A stretch of DNA of 64,000 bases from Camelus ferus (GCF_009834535.1 NC_045698.1:1056001-1120000); one strand, 5' to 3'; positions 44,561 through 59,333 are shown, counted from the stretch's first letter. The notes: generated from the letters alone by a model not told the origin. Made by a program: numbers and translations.

Positions 44561-47500
44561 GGGGTGAGGACCACTTACATCACGTTCTCTTCATAAGCAA
44601 GGAGATTTATGTGGCCTAGACATGGTGCTTGTCGCCAGGACTGACACTGAACCTTTGTTTACAGGCACCTGCACGTGAATATCAAGGCAAGGTTAAATGG
44701 ATTGATTTATAGAAGCAACTGGTGTATGTTCAACTGAGCCAAACATTTTAAGTTGAATTATTGACTGAAATTGGATTTCAGAACTCAGCCAGTGGAGCCA
44801 TGGGACCAAAGGTGGTTCCCGCAGCCGTTTAGTGGGAAGGCCGGTGGTCACCCCTGGGGCCTTCCTGCCTGCAGAGAGAGGGCAGTGAGGAACGGAGGCT
44901 GGATGTGCTCCTGCAGCGGCTGGTGGGCGGGCAGCGTCTCAGGCGGGTCTGAACCTGGGCCACCCGGCCTCCTGCTGGCCTGGACCCAGAGCTGACCTGT
45001 CCATGGTGGTCTGCCCAGAGGCAGGCGCTGCTCGGACCCTGCCCACCTGGGTCTGCCCCAAACTTGTTGGATGCATTTTGATTACACCGAGGAGGGGAAT
45101 GATCAGGAATCTCTTTTTCGAAGAACAATTGGAGGAAAGTGAAGCTTTGTGGTGGCAAGGGTGACCTGGTCACCCTCCAGGGTGCAGAGAACATTTCCCA
45201 GATGGATGGGCAGCCTCAGTGCGACCTGGACACACTTGCCACAGCTCCACGTAATCTCCTCCCAGAAATGCTTAGCAGTCTGCCTTTTTCCTATGGAAGT
45301 GGAGGCCCGGGGCTCAGGAACGGGCCATGGAGAGGACTGACGTCCTGCCGAGGGATGTGGGGCCTGCAGTGCTGATCTGCCCAGCGGGCGGGGCCTCTGA
45401 GAGCCTGGGGTCCCGCGAGACTGCGGAGACCGGGTTTGGCCTGAGGGGGACAAGCAGCCACATGCAGACTTCTTCTCAGAAACTGCCCTCGGAGTGTCCG
45501 ACGGGATGCAATTGATCATTGCCCTGTGGACAGATGGACAGACCGTTCCTGCGCTGCCTGTAAAGCTGTGGGTCTGACTTCTCTGCCCCTGGAGCAGTTT
45601 TCCTTGTTATTTACTTAGAGTTGCGTCTGCGGGAGGCTCGTGGGTTCACCTGGTCAGAACGTCGTCCCTGGTCACTGCTTCTCCTATTTCCACGGTTTCT
45701 CTGCCTGTTTCCCCAACCTCTGCTCATCTGTCCTGTGAGCTGGTCCAGGGCGTGCCCGGGAGGTGAAGGAGTCCGGGGCTGGTTGGCGCTGGGAGGATGT
45801 GGACATTCTCTGCCCCCAGGAGATGCACTCAAGAGGGGCCAAGGGGGATGGAGGGACAGGCAGCCCCCCTGCCCTCCCTGGGACGTGCTGGCAACCACCC
45901 TGATGAGCTGCTCCAGTGAAAGGGGCCCTCTCCGCAGAGCCTGTGGGTCGGGTCACCCTCCTTCGGGGAAACCGAGGCTGGCTGCCCCTGCCTTGCATAC
46001 TTACTCCCCACCCCACAAAGCTCTTCAGAGGGGACCCTCAGGGCGGCTATGTCAGGTCGGTCTGTGAGGTCACGTTTGTGGCGCGCCCACTGTCAGGTGA
46101 GGCCATGTGCCACCAGCCCTTCTGCACGGAGCCCGTAAACGCCTGCGGGGCCCGCCGCCCCGACTCACAGCCCTCGTGGCCAGACGGCAGCAGCTGTTCC
46201 TGCAGAGGAAGCGACGGCCACGTCAGCCTGCAGATCACGTGCAGTCGTGCCCGGCCTGCGTCAGCCTCAGCTCTGCTGGTGCGCAGGCTGCGAGGCGTGC
46301 AGTGCGGGCGTGAAGCTTATTTACGCAGTAAAATTGACCATAACCAAGAGAGGAAAAATAAAGGGAAAATAATATGTTTCACACTGTAATTACATAACGA
46401 AGTTTGCGCTAGAAATATTGCTTGGCCCATGAACTTCCTCTGGGCCCACCAGGAATGCTGGACGGCAAAGCCAGCTTCTCAGGTCTCGGCTGGAGTCTTG
46501 GGAGAACACAGTTCTGAGGCGGGGCGCCCACGGACAGCTGGGGTGGTTCTTGGACTGGAACCACCTGGAAGGACTGGCCTGCACCGAGAGGAAGGGAGGG
46601 GGTCAGGTCAGGGTGCCAAGGAGAGATGAGAAGCTGGGCGTCGAGGAAGATGAATTCACTTTCTTCTCACGTAAACATGAATCCTGTGAAACAGCTCTTG
46701 GAAAGGAAGGCTGCTTACTCAGAAAGTGAAAAAAAAAGACAGATGATTCTCTGTGCCTCCGTGTTTACTCTGACGGTGCAGCGTTCAGCTGGAATTCTGA
46801 CAACAATCCACAAAATGAATGCTAAACCCCGGAGGTCTGGCTCACACGTGACCCTCCTGCGCAGAGGGGCTCAGAGGTGTTACCACGTGCAGCACCCTTT
46901 AAAGGGGCCCCGCGCGGCCCCGGTGGGGCCTCTGCGGACCCCAGACACAGGAAGGTGGTGGGACCACAGCAGCTGGGGGCACCTCGGCTCTTCCCATGGC
47001 CCCGGGGGTGTTGTCCTGCAGGAGGTCGCCCACCCAGTCCTCGTGGGCTCACAGCACAGCCCAGGGACTCCCCGCACTGCCGCCCGGTGACCTTGTCCTC
47101 GGGGCTGAGGCTGCCACTGTGTCTGTGCTGGGGGCTGAGCAGTGCCTGGGGCCCCGGGACGGGCAGGGCTGAGGCCCCTGGCCCCCCTGGAGGGAGGAGT
47201 CCAGATCCCTCAGGGGGCAGCCGAGGGAACTTCAAACCCCGGCTGCAGTCCGGCCCAGAGGTCTCTGAGGGCTGGCCTCTCGCGGCAGCCCGGCCCTGAT
47301 CTACTGACTCTGTTCTGACCCACTGGGAGGGTAGTCGGGTCTCACGCTTTCTGTGAAGTCACTGCACCTGCTGAGAATGCGGTGCTCTGGATGTCCTGTC
47401 CGACCCCGCCCTCCGGGAGGTGTCACCACGCACCGTGGCCCCTGTAGGTCTCCACTCTGCAGGTCAGTTTCCGCTGAGCTCATGGCCAGTAGCATGTGAC

Positions 47501-49077
47501 AGCTGCCCTGTGGCCTGGGGCCAGGGACCCCGCCCTGGACAGGGTCTGAGTGCCTGCCGGCCGGCCCCTGACCCAACGCCAGCGTCCGTCTTACTGCCTG
47601 TTCTGGGTGCAGCCCCGAGACAGCTGGCTGTTCGACTCTGTATGGATGAGAGTGTAGCAGGGGGCTGTCGGCCACTGGAGTCTTACCACGGGGACCAGAA
47701 TGAGCAATGTGGCCCGGAGGGGATGGGACGGGACAGGCGAGAGGGCTGGGTGGAGGCAGGGACCTGGGAGACGGTACTGGCGGTGGTGAGCCCTGGACCT
47801 GGTCGCTGGGAAACTCTGCAGGGTCGGTGGTCAGCCCCTTTGAAGCCCACGCCTGGCTTGGTCCCAACGATTTGGGAGCTGGTTTTACCCCACGGTCTAC
47901 ACGGGACGCGGGGTCTGCCAGGCGGAGCCTGCTCCCTGCTCTCCTCGCCGAGTACCCGGGCCTCACGGTCCCACGTAGACGCGGGCCTGGCACGGCCTGG
48001 ACCCTGAAGACATGCAGAAGGGCCTGCGAAGTGGGCTCACTGGGACCCCGGGGAGCGGGTGGGAAGAGGCCAGGACTGACCTGCACCCTCAAGGACACGC
48101 TCTGGTGTCTGCCGAGTTCTGACCTCGAGTTCCTAGAAAGCGTCCATCGCCACTGCCTTCCTGGAGCCAGTTTTCTTGACAAGGTTTGTCAGCGTCAAGG
48201 AGAACTAATTGCGAAGATGTGTGTAAAGAAACAATTGGAAACCCTGGTCAAGGCTCTGCGCCGAGTGAGGCCCTCACGCGTGACTTCCGTTTTCCTTGGC
48301 CTCCTTCGCGCTTCCCCAGTTTTCAGCAGAAGTGTCTGTAGTAACAATTGGGAATAATCTGAAAGGAGAGACGGAGTTGCCGTCACCCCAGGACGCGTTT
48401 ACGGTGGGACATCTGTCACCGGTGGAGCCGCGCAGAAACCGGGAGGGACCTGGGCGGCAGGGGCGGGTGGGGGTGGGACTTACATGCTCGCCCTTTCAGG
48501 CACAGAGAGTAGTGACGAGGTCAGGCGGGCAAGGTCAAAGGACAGTGACGTTTGCAGGATGACCCGGAGCCATCCGTCGAGCTGTCAGTGCGGGTGGGGG
48601 TGCGACGAGTGAGGAAGAGGGGGTGGCCGGACTGACGGGAGCCCACTGACCCCATCACCTCCCCAACCGCCCGGGCATCTCCAGGGCGGGCGGCTGGAGG
48701 CAGGGGTGACCCAGACGGCCTGGGAGGAGTCTGGCCTGTGGGGGGGACCTGCCTGGGGACCCGCCTGGGAGGAAGCGGCCCCCTCTTCCCCTATGGGGCT
48801 TCTGGATCGCCAGAGAGGCGCTGTCTGTCTGCCTGCACTTCCCTCCTCCTCTTCTCCGTTTAGCCGTCCTCCCATTTACATGAATGTCAATGTGGAGAGT
48901 GAAATGCACCCGGTGGTGCTGCTTCCTGCTAAACCCTCAAGTTCAGACCGATTACCTGCGTCAGGAAAGGGCCGAGCATCGGGAAGCAGTGGGTCTGACT
49001 GTGGGCGTCACCAATGCTGAGAGCGTCAAACGCCGAGGAGTGTGGTGGCTTTTTCCTGGTCACCTGCGGAGAAACCT

Positions 49078-49108
49078 GTCCCCATGGAGGGTCCCCATGG
49101 AGGGTCCC
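49078..49108. repeat. 13-bp tandem duplication (GTCCCCATGGAGG x2.4)
   Basis: 49078-49090 is identical to 49091-49103. Confidence 0.85.
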
Positions 49109-50009
49109 ACATCTGGGAGACCCGTCCCAGTACCTGTGCATGGGGGCTGTCGGCCTGGTCACTTCATGGAAAGAGAAGGAGATAGTAGGTTGTTGGGTAA
49201 GGTTTTGGGGTGACATCCAGATGTGGGGAGCAGTGTGCAGTGGGAGGTGTCCACCGGGTCACCCAGCCTCCTATGCAGTCCTCGTGCCCAAAACTTCCTG
49301 GCCTGCCCGCACCCGCACACCTGCCCATACCCGCAGACCTGCCCTGCCTCTGGCCCCCGCACCACGGCTGCCTGGTGGCAGGCTGCAGCTCTGCGCACCT
49401 GCACTTGTGGCCCAGTGGCCTCGCCCACAGGCAGCTTGTGTGGCACAGTCACCGAGGTCCCGTGCTCTCCCTCAGGGACGGGGAGCAGGCTCCGTCAGGG
49501 TCCCCAGAGGGCTGTGATTTTTGGCGAGGACGACACGGACCTGCTCACGGGCCACAGGGTGCGGCCTGCGTCCTCCCCCACCCCGTGCTTTCGGGAGGCG
49601 GCACGCAGCACCCCTCTCTGCCCCAGGCATGGGGGTTTCTCTGCACCTGCTGGGCTGACGCCCAAGGCAGAGAGCGGCCTGCTCTGTGGCTGAGGGCCCT
49701 GGCTCTGCTGGCCACCGGGACGTGAGCTTTGTGGGTCAGAGGGTCAGTTGAGGCTCCCCAGGAGACCCCTGTGGTTAAGACCAAAGGGAGCACTTGGTGG
49801 GGACCCTGGTGGGCTGAGCCCGACCCCGCCGGGTTCCCCGAAGCAAACTCTCTCTGTGCAGAGCGCCCGGCCTCCTTGCAAGGTGGGGTGCTGGTGAGCC
49901 CCGCGCTGCAGCCAGTTCCCTTCCACCGGGCTGCCTCATCCTCTGCACACTTGACTTTCTGGGTCCTGGCCTCCCCGCCCCCGGCGGGGCCACTGGCTTC
50001 GGCCACGTG

Positions 50010-50350
50010 CCTCTCCAGCGGGCCCAGGGCTGCTCCACACACAGCTGCAAGTGGAGTGGCCGGAAGCAGCCGAGATGTGCCTCCCGGGCCTGGACGCAGG
50101 GGGCCTGAGCTCATCAGGGGGCCGCTTCACCCTGAGGCCTCTCTCCGGGCGTGCAGACGCCGCCTCGCCCTGTGTCCCCACACGGCCGGCCCTCTGTGCC
50201 TGTCTGTGTCCAGAGCTCCTCTTCTCAGGACTCCAGTCGCATGGGATCAGCCCACCCTGGGGCCTCATTTTAGGACGACTCCCTCTGTAAAGACACAGCT
50301 CCAAAGAGGCCACTCCTGTCCCTTGGCACAGCCTCCTCTGCCCTCTGGGG
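50010..50350 (-). mobile_element. MaLR MLT1A/B-like LTR, heavily GC-shifted
   Basis: ctgaggcctctctcc, gcagacgccgcc, ccctgtgtccccacacggcc, ctctgtgcctgtctgtgtcc, gcccaccct, cctcatttta and taaagac...ctccaaa. Confidence 0.65.
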
Positions 50351-53300
50351 CCCAGCCCCGCCCGGGCCCGGTTAGCAGGGCCGCCCCCGCGGGCGGGATT
50401 GCAAGCGAGCCAGCGACGTGCAGCAGCCCCTGTGAACCTGGGAGCTTCACCAGGTGCCGGCCTCCCTGGGGACATCTGGTGGGCCTTACCACTGGGCATA
50501 GAGAGAAGTGCACTCCCAGATCTCAGGGACATTTTGGTAACAAGGGACGTGTGGATTTTTTTCCACTAAAGGATGTGCTGATTTTCCTCCCGAGTTCACG
50601 GTGACCTCATCCTCCTCCCCGCCCCCGCGTTCTCCGTGAGCCACAGGGGAAGTGGGCGGGGGTTCGGTGGGGATCACCACCCCGCGTCTCGCAACATCTT
50701 AGCCGTCTGGTCCTGGCAGGCCCTCCCACCGCAGAATGACCTTGGACGACCTCGGTTACATCTTGGTGGGAAATGCTTGGGTCTCAGTCACCCCTTGGCC
50801 TTTCCTGCGTTCTCACCCTCGCTGCCGAGTCTGGGCAGCACCTGCACCCTGGCCCCCGGGGAGCCCCTGCAGGGTGGACTCGGGGGCAGAGCCCACCAGA
50901 GGCAGCCTGGCTGCAGCCCGCACGCTACGTGCCTGCCTCCCTGAGCCCCTGCCCTGGCCGTGTGTCCTGGGTTTCCAGGAATTAGGGTCTGGAATCACCA
51001 AGAGGCCTGGGTCTGTCCTCGCACAGGGCACAGTCGCCATGGTAATGGCCCCGAATGGTCCCTTTCGGGACGGCTGGGGAGGAGACTTGCAGCAGAAACT
51101 CCTGTCGGCGCAGCAGTGTCTGCTCCGGGGGACCAGCCTCCCCTCCGTGGAAGGGTCCCAGGCCCCCGAGCTGGCTCCAGCGGGTGCTGGTCAAGGCGCC
51201 ACGATTCAAGTCCACCCTCAGCTTCCCAGGCCTGCAGGCTGCTTTGCATTGTTTTAATCTATTTTTTGTTTTTTGCTTTTGTCCCTTTTATGATACAAAT
51301 CAAGTAAGACTTGTGTATTTGAGTCGTAGGAACATTGAGTCAAGAGTCAGTGGTGTCGGCAGAGGTCTCTGTGGCCAGGCCATGTTTGGGCCGCCCTGCC
51401 ACCCACTGGGGTCCCACACCCACCCCATCTCTGGGGCCAAGACCTGCCCTTGCCCGGCCACCCTGGGACCCACATCATGCTGATGGCCACGCCTCTCGTG
51501 GTCGCCGGCAGCCTGCAGGGACTGGCTGTGGCAGAGTCGGGGAGAACAGTGTCCTCTCTTCGTTGTGGTTCCTCCCAGCCACGTGGAGGGACGTTCTCTG
51601 GACTCTGGAGGGAACGGCACACACAGTAAATGCACCCCTGCACCACCGGTCTCTCCCCAGGCGTTCGGGCCCTTTCCTGCCGGTGTTCTGATCTCATTCA
51701 ACGCAGGCAACCTCCAGTCCATTTCCTTCGGCCAACTGAGAACTTGGAGTTGCTCTCAGCCGCTCAAACAGATGCCACGAGGCCAGGACACAGCATCCAG
51801 CAACCACGCCGTCCATGCGCGTGAAGCCGCACTGCGTGCCTCCCCGCCGGGCACGGGCCCCAGGCGGCCGTCGGTAACTGTAGTCTCGCGCTCTCTGGGT
51901 TCAGGTCCGTCCTCCTGGCCGCAGCCTGCACCTGACCCTGGGGACCCTGAAGATTTGAGGCTGGTTCTCGGTTTCACACTGATGAGAGGTTCTTTCAGGC
52001 AAGCAGGGTGCAGACGGGAGGGTAGGGAGAGACGCCCGGAGCCGCTGGAGGACGCAGCCTCCTCTTGCTGGACTCTGCCTCCCGGCTGCTCCCCGGACCC
52101 TGCCTTGTCCGTCAGGGGCCCTGCAGGGCTGTTAGTCCAGCCGCATTGTGAGTCGCCTGGCCTGTGGCAGGCCTGGCTCGTGACTCTGGTTTCCAGGAAT
52201 TATGACCTTTCAGCTACTGACAATAAGGACTTCTTTCGGGCCCACACAGAGGCTCTCCGGAGGGCCCCCAGGAGCTCCAGGGCAGGATTCAGCGCCCGGG
52301 GCTGTGAGCGTCCAGTCCCTGTGCTCTGCAAGCCACCCTGGGAGCGCAGCGGCCCCAGGTCACCAGAGCCTCTGGGAAGCCGGCACCAGGCTCCAGATGA
52401 CCACTGGTGATGGCCAGGAATGATCCTGTCCCCCTGAGCGAGAGCCTTCCCATGGCAACCGAGCCTTTAAGCCTCTCGGTCTCATCAGACTGGGGAACTC
52501 ACTCTTGTCCTGGAGCTTGTCCGCTGGACGAGCCACTGGGCCAATGATCCTGTGGACCGGGGGCTCCATGAAGGGTCCGTGGAGGAGGGGAGGGGGCTTC
52601 TGTCGCCCGGATCCCAGAGGCTGGCACACCCTGAGGTCCGTCGTCACTCATCAGGGTGTCAGCCTGCTGGGCCCCTCGACGGTCTGGAAGTCGGGGCTCC
52701 CCACCTCAGGAGCACCCCAATCTGGACCCTGCCGGGCTGGTGGGTGCACAGGTGATGCCCCGTCCAGCCAGGGCCAGGGTGGGCGGCGCGGCTCCTCCAG
52801 TCCGAGGCCGACCTCTTTCCGTCCTGCTTCCGGAGACTTGAGCCCCCAGACCCTCCGATCCTGCATAGCCCTGCGCGGCGTTTGGATGAAGCGCTGATTT
52901 GACAGCGACGTGTCCTAAAGCTCCGACACCCTGGGCCAGGCCAGATGGAGCCCGGCTGTCCCACTGGATGAGGGGACGGCTGCTCGGCCGTGCACACAGG
53001 CTGGTGGCCCTGAGCGGCAGTGACTTGTGGGGCTGGACGGGTTGCTGAGGTCCGATGGCCATCACTGCCTCCTTGACACCCTGTCTAGTTGAACATGCAG
53101 ATCCCAGGGAGGCAGCATCTGGTGCTGCGAACGGCTGGTGGCCCTTTACAGCGAGCACATCAATGATGTCCCGTGCAGAGCGCACTTGGTGAGGGGCGGC
53201 CCTGCGAAGCTGGGAGGCTCGTGGGCAGTCCTGCTCATTGGCGCTGCCCGGGCCCAGGGGCCACAGTGATGGCAGGTCCGCAGGAACCGCCGTGGGTTCC

Positions 53301-54068
53301 TCTCCACGTCCGTGACACGGTCACTTCTTGTTTTCTAGAGGGAGAGAGGTCAGACAAACGTGCAAAGTAAAGGCAAAGCTGTGGTGAAGGAGTCCAGCCT
53401 TGGCTTTGACACAACCGTCTAGAAAACACCTGCGCCGTTTGCCCTTCTCTGTAGCAGCCCCTGCACTTAAAGGGCGCGTGCTTCTGCGTGCAAGCATCTG
53501 TTTACTTCTTTGCACTTCACCCCTCATGAAAGAATGGCATCTCACAACCCTGCAACTGCACTGTCCCCCGAGGTCCACCCTCAGGGTCCCAGAACCGGGC
53601 GCAGGCCGGGTCCCGGTGGAAGCGTCGGGCGTGGGTTGTCAGCTTGCAGAGGATGGAAGCCGGCGGGGGAGGATGCAGGGCCCCCATCTCTGTGATCCGC
53701 TTCTGGCTCAGCAAAATCTATTTTATAGACAAGGACAGCATTTTAAAGTGGACTTCACGGTGGGTGCAGGTCTGGGGACAAGAGAAGCTGCCTGTCTTCA
53801 TCCTGTTTCCCAATGTCACAGATTTATCTGTTTCCCCAAGTAGGTCTGCTTATGTCACAGACACTCAAGATGAGGACGTTGCGCTAATTGAGGGAAGGAA
53901 ATGTTACATGTCAAGGACAATGACTTATTTCGTACTTGAAACGGGAGGAATGAAATGAATGGCGTCTGATTTCCAGCAGCACATGAAGGAAAACAAAATA
54001 ACACATGGCTTGTGTGGTCGGAGGCGGGGGCTCTGCAGACCCCAGGGTGACAAGTCAGACAGCTCCTG

Positions 54069-54280
54069 ACACACACACATACACACACACATACACACAC
54101 AGAGCTCCTCTCACACACACACACAATTCCTTACACACACATGCAGACACACATATACACACAGACACACACACAATTCTTACACACACATGCACACACA
54201 GCTCCTCACGCACACATACACACACGTACACACACATATACACACACATACAAAATACCACACACACACACACACACACA
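54069..54280. repeat. Compound (CA)n microsatellite, about 210 bp
   Basis: Interrupted CA runs with recurring interruptions (AGCTCCT; CAATTC(C)TTACACACACATGCA twice). Confidence 0.95.
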
Positions 54281-57200
54281 CGGCCCCTCCCAGTGCCCCT
54301 GAAGCCGCCCCACAGTGGCTGGATGACAGAAACAGGTGAAAAGCTGCAAATCCTCTGATAACCCTGGGCCGGCAGTGGTGGGCGAGGAGCGGTTCAGGAA
54401 CCAGATAAGAAGGGAGTGCCCGTCCCGCCAGGCCCACGAGGAATGTGGAGCGGAGGGCTGGCTGGCGGTCACCCGAGGCTCTGGGCCCTCAGGGGACACA
54501 GCCGGCCTGCAGAGGTGTGGCTCCAACGGCCCACTGGGCAGGCGCATGGTTGTGGTCCTGTCCCCGCGGGCTAGACTGCTCCTCCGCAGGCGAAAATTCT
54601 AGGCTAGATTATTCCTGAAAAACGAAGCAAACCGGAGCGAGAGTACTCGTCTCACCGTCTCCTCGCCTTTCACGCTGAGCGGGACGGAGCGACGTCTGCA
54701 GCCAGCCTCACTCGGCCTCCACGTCCCCTCCCATCCTCAGCCACCTCCAGCCGCCCCCACCCCAAGAAGGTGGCCAGCTCTGTGGACAGAGGAGAAACGC
54801 CCTGAGGCCAAAGGGGAGGAGGAACCCCTAGATCACCGCCACTTCCCACCCCGGCTGCTTTCCTGGGTCCTGTGGGCCGGCCTGCCCTGCACAGAGCCCA
54901 GGGGGGCACACAGCGCTCCTGCCCTCCCCCAGGACCCCGCACGGGTAGAGCCCTGGCCTTCCTCAGGGCCCAGTGCCCCTCGCCGACCAGCCGCAGGCAC
55001 CCTCCTCAAGGCCCGGCATCGTCCCTGGAGCAATCCCCAGGTGCTGCCTGCCCCCACCCCCGCCCCGTGGTACGTCTAACAGCGCACACAACCAATTTTC
55101 ACTACACAAGTGCCACGTGGGGAGGCCAGGTGTGGCCCCCACATTTTGGAGTTCCCCCGGTCCTGGGTGGTCCATTCCCCTTGCAGGGCCCCATGTTTAC
55201 AAGGACGAGGCCGCCAGAGGAAGACGCAGGAGCTTCATCTTATCCTACTGGACAGACAGGAGACCCACAGACCCACAGAAGCGGGGGTGACCCCACTGCC
55301 CCCTGCAGGGGCTCTGGCCACCTCGAGAGGGGCCTTTGACCTGAGTGTGCATTCTGCCGACCGCCCTGTCCCAAAGGGTCTGTCCCCGGCGCCTGGGCAC
55401 CATCGCGGATGTCAGGCCCACCTACTCGCCTGAGGTAACTTCCGTCTGCTGCAAAGCTGGGGCTGGTGTTCAGGCTGATGATCTTGAACTTGGGCTGAAG
55501 TCCCTTGAAGCAGGTCTCCATCATCAAATTCATGAATTAGGCCCCATTTGCAGCTGGACTGTGAATGGGCATCACCTGTGCAACGGGACAGGCCCTGCTC
55601 CCTGCTGGTGAGGCCACCGCGGCGCCTCGGGGTGTCGAGGGTGGGGAGGATGGCAGGAGGCCCCGTGTCTGGCCTCGTGGCGGCAGCGTGTTCTTGAATT
55701 CCAGGTGGCGGTCTGAGGGGTGTACTAGAACTCTGGGGTGCTGGCAGGGTGGGGGCCGGGCGGGGCTGGGAGGGCGCTGGTCCCACCACCCCAGTGCACC
55801 ACCGTCCAGGGCACCACAGGGCTGTGTGGCCAGAGCCCCTGCCCGACTGGAAGAACGTGCTTGGCCCTCGGCCCACAGCTCCTGGGGGACAGGCGGGGGC
55901 CACCTCACCTGCTGTCTCCCTGCCACTCGGCGAGGCCACACTGCCTCCTCTTCCCTCCTCCCCCAGCTCAACCACCATCAAGGGGGACGCCCCTCTCCTC
56001 CAGATGCCTGCACCCCAGGGGCCAGTGACAGCCCTGGACTCCACAGGCCTCCCCTCTGCCCTCCCCCACACAAAGCCCTCTGCAGGTGCCGGCGTGCCCA
56101 CCCAGCTCCCCCCTCGGGGATCTCTGAGCCCCCGGGGCCCCGCGTGCCCTCCCGTCTTCACCTCTGCCCCCTCTGTCCTGCTGTGAGGGAGACGCTGCCC
56201 TCTGCCCCCGAGCGCCCACACACAGGGCTGGGCCAACTGGCACCAGCAGGAGCTCTCCGCAGCCGCGCGTGTGCATGTGTGTGCGTGCAAAGAAGTGAGC
56301 AGGTGTGTGCCTGGGGGGACTCGTGCCTGGACATGCTTGTGAGGTAGGAGGTCGCCTCCTCCGGAGTTGCCCCCTCCCTCCAGCCATTCACACCGCCAAG
56401 CCTTCCCCAGAGCTGCTGCTTTTTCCAGGGACAGCTCCGCAGCTGCAGGGGCCGGGACCGTCTCCTCCGGCCCCCTCCACTCACTCTGCACCTCTCCCTG
56501 CCTGCCACCTGCCGCGGGGATGGCGCTGAGCCACGGGCACATTACACCTGCCAGAGGCCGACTCCCCTGAGCCTCAAGCAAACTCCCCTCGCATGGGCCA
56601 TCCTAAGTGGGGCGCCAAGTCTGTGGGGCCGTCAGGAAGGCACCTTGGTGAGGTCAGGGTGCCCATCAGGTGCCTGGGTTGATCCCGGCACGGATGTGAC
56701 GTGCACAGGAACGCTGCAACCCCTCCACCGACTCAGCGTCGGAGCTTGGTCCGCAGGCAGCATCCAAGTGTGCCCCGTGTCCCACTCCCAGAAGTGCTCT
56801 GAATTTGACCAGCTTGTCTAGGAGCCTTCTTGACGCAGGACTCATGTGCCATGTCCAGTTAGGTCCCTAGAGATGTGAAGTCGTCGCATGGAAACCACCT
56901 TTCCTCTTGTCCTTTGGTTTCTTTCTGCGGCCTTCATTCTGGTGGGTTACGGGCTATCTTCCCCGACCCCTGAGCACCCCGAGCCAGGGAACCTCACAGA
57001 TTGAAGTGAGCAGCCCACGTGCCTGCGCCAGCCCTGCCTGAGCAGCGCGGGACCTCCGCCCCAGGGGAGCGGCAAACGGCTTGATGCTACTCCTGTTCAC
57101 TGGTCCCCCAGGATTTCTCCAGTCAGGCCCTTGGTGACCCTGCCCCTGCTCCCACCCCAGCACATGTCCCTGGTTAAAACGAGCACTGTCCCCTCCAGTA

Positions 57201-59333
57201 CCCTGGCCTCTGGACCAGGCCCTGCCTCCGCCTTGGATACGCTCTCCCCTCGCACTCTGTCTGTCAAGCTCTCACCTCTCTCTGAGACCCAGCTGAGCAC
57301 CCTCCCTGCTCACCGCAGCCTGTGAGCATCACTGCAGAGGGAACCAGCAAAGCAGGGAGGCGGACAAGACAGGTGTGTGCCAACCGGCAGGTAGGGCCCT
57401 CCCTGCTCTCCCCCAGCCCCGGGCTGTGTCGTCTCATCTGCCCTGCACCCTGAGCTGTCTGCAGGGTCCCGGGTGGGCAGCGCTCAGCACCTCTCGTGCC
57501 TCGCAGGGCCCCCTTCGAGCCCTGCACCACTGGGAAGTGGGGCTTCCCACAAAGATTGTGCACAGGACTCCATCAGCTCACCCTTCGCTGATCTGACGAG
57601 ATGAACCTGACTACGATGCATGTAAAATAATGCAAAGATTGGAGAAACCAAGGCGGAAAATGCTAGGCTGATACCCGTCCTCCTGGCCCGCACCTGCCCT
57701 TCTGACGGCCACACCTCTGCCTCTTTGTCACTGTCTCCACGAGGCTACAGAGTCGCTGTGCCACGTGTGCAGTCCTGCTGGGTCTGGTCTCCATCTCCAC
57801 ATGAACAACGACGGAAGTCGGGCGTCATCCAGCTCCTTCTCTGGGAGGGCCCCGGAATGACCACGTCTCTGTAATGGACACAGAATCGCGACGCGCCAGG
57901 TTCAGGCAAAGATCAGAAACACCCTCTGTCTGACATCTGACGCTCCGGGGACCCAGCGTCACCAAGGCTCTCATCGTACCCGGTGGAGCTCCCGTGGCCC
58001 GAAGTCCGTCCTCACCCTCGGTGTGGACGTTGTTGGGGGAACAGCAGGCTGGCCGGGGCGGCCGGGGGAGCCTCCTCTGACCCCGGGATGGTGAGACAGG
58101 CCTCTCACTTCTTAAAGCCCAGAGTGGACTTGGCTGACTCCTGAGAGCCTTCAAGGAGCTCATCCTCCTCTGCAGAAAAGTGGAGAACGTTCTGGGCCTG
58201 TCTGGTCCTGAGACTCCGCCTTCACCCCAGGAGCCAGAGGCCTTTGGCAAAAGGCATTTTTTTCCACAAGCATTTTTTGGAAAGTTGATGTTGGACGGCA
58301 GCCCCTCCCCTCACCAGACTTCTTCCTCCCTCCTGCTGGCCTCCCCCCACCTCCCTTCCTTCCTGCCGGCCTCTCTCCCTGCAGGTCTCTTTGTCTTGGC
58401 TCCCTTCCAAGAGGGCCTGAGGCCGGGGTCAGGTGGAAAGGTCACGATGCTTCCTTCCCTGGGCCGCTTTCACCTGGTGCGTCCCTGGGGAGGGGCTTTC
58501 CAGCTTCTTCAACTCAGTGGCACCAGTGGAACAAATGCTCTGGCCAGCATCGCCGTGAGGGACACGGCCGACCCCAGACAGGGCTTTCGCAGCACAGCAC
58601 TCGGGAGGGCGCGTCTCCCAGATGGACTGCAGCGCGCTGGCACCGGTGCAGGGAGCGAGCCGGGACCCCTCCGCATCCGCACCAGCTCCAAAGACGCTGT
58701 GGTTTGAGGGCTGCTCACAGCTTCTCACACCCCCATATTAATGGTGGCCCCCGCCCCTACCCTGGCCCAGGCTGTTGCTTTGCTTGGAGGCCCGTCCACT
58801 GTGGGTGCCTGCAACCTGGGCCTCGCACCCACTAGAGAGGCTGCCAACGACGTGGCCAGCTCGACGTAGGCGGGGGAGGGTAGGGGATGGGCAGCCTCAG
58901 TTTCCCTTAATCTGCTGTCAGCTGATTTAGGAGCGCCTGCCTCCGCATGGGCAAGCGGAAGAATCCTTCTGCGGGAAGGGATGGAGCCCTGGAAGGTCTT
59001 GCTGCTTCTCTTTCTTCTGTTCGCTTTAGGAGAGCTCGGGAGCCACAGAGAGGGGGCAGGAATGGAGCTGCAGGATGCAGAGCGACAGAGAGACCCAGCA
59101 GGAGGAGAGAGACTGCGGGCGGAGGGAAGAGGGAGAGAGCGGCGGCCAGGTGTCCGCAGCCCCGGGAAGAGCCGGGGCATGAATCCGTGCACAATCTCCA
59201 GAGATGGCCACTTTAAATCTTAATTGGTTGCCTTTTAAATATCATTTAAGGGCTGGCTTCCCTGCCTCTCTCTCTAGTTAAGAAAGTGTCGTGTCAAACT
59301 CCATTACCTTGCTGGACGTCGCTCCCTTCGGTT

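Noticed and set aside
55412..56581. Longest intergenic ORF (389 aa), and similar ones at 29177-30193, 47301-48182, 49729-50604, 28145-28981 and 51565-52410
   Set aside because: Pro/Gly/Arg/Ala-rich with no recognisable domain, overlapping ORFs in several frames, and some run through decayed LTRs. This is expected from stop-codon scarcity in GC-rich DNA.
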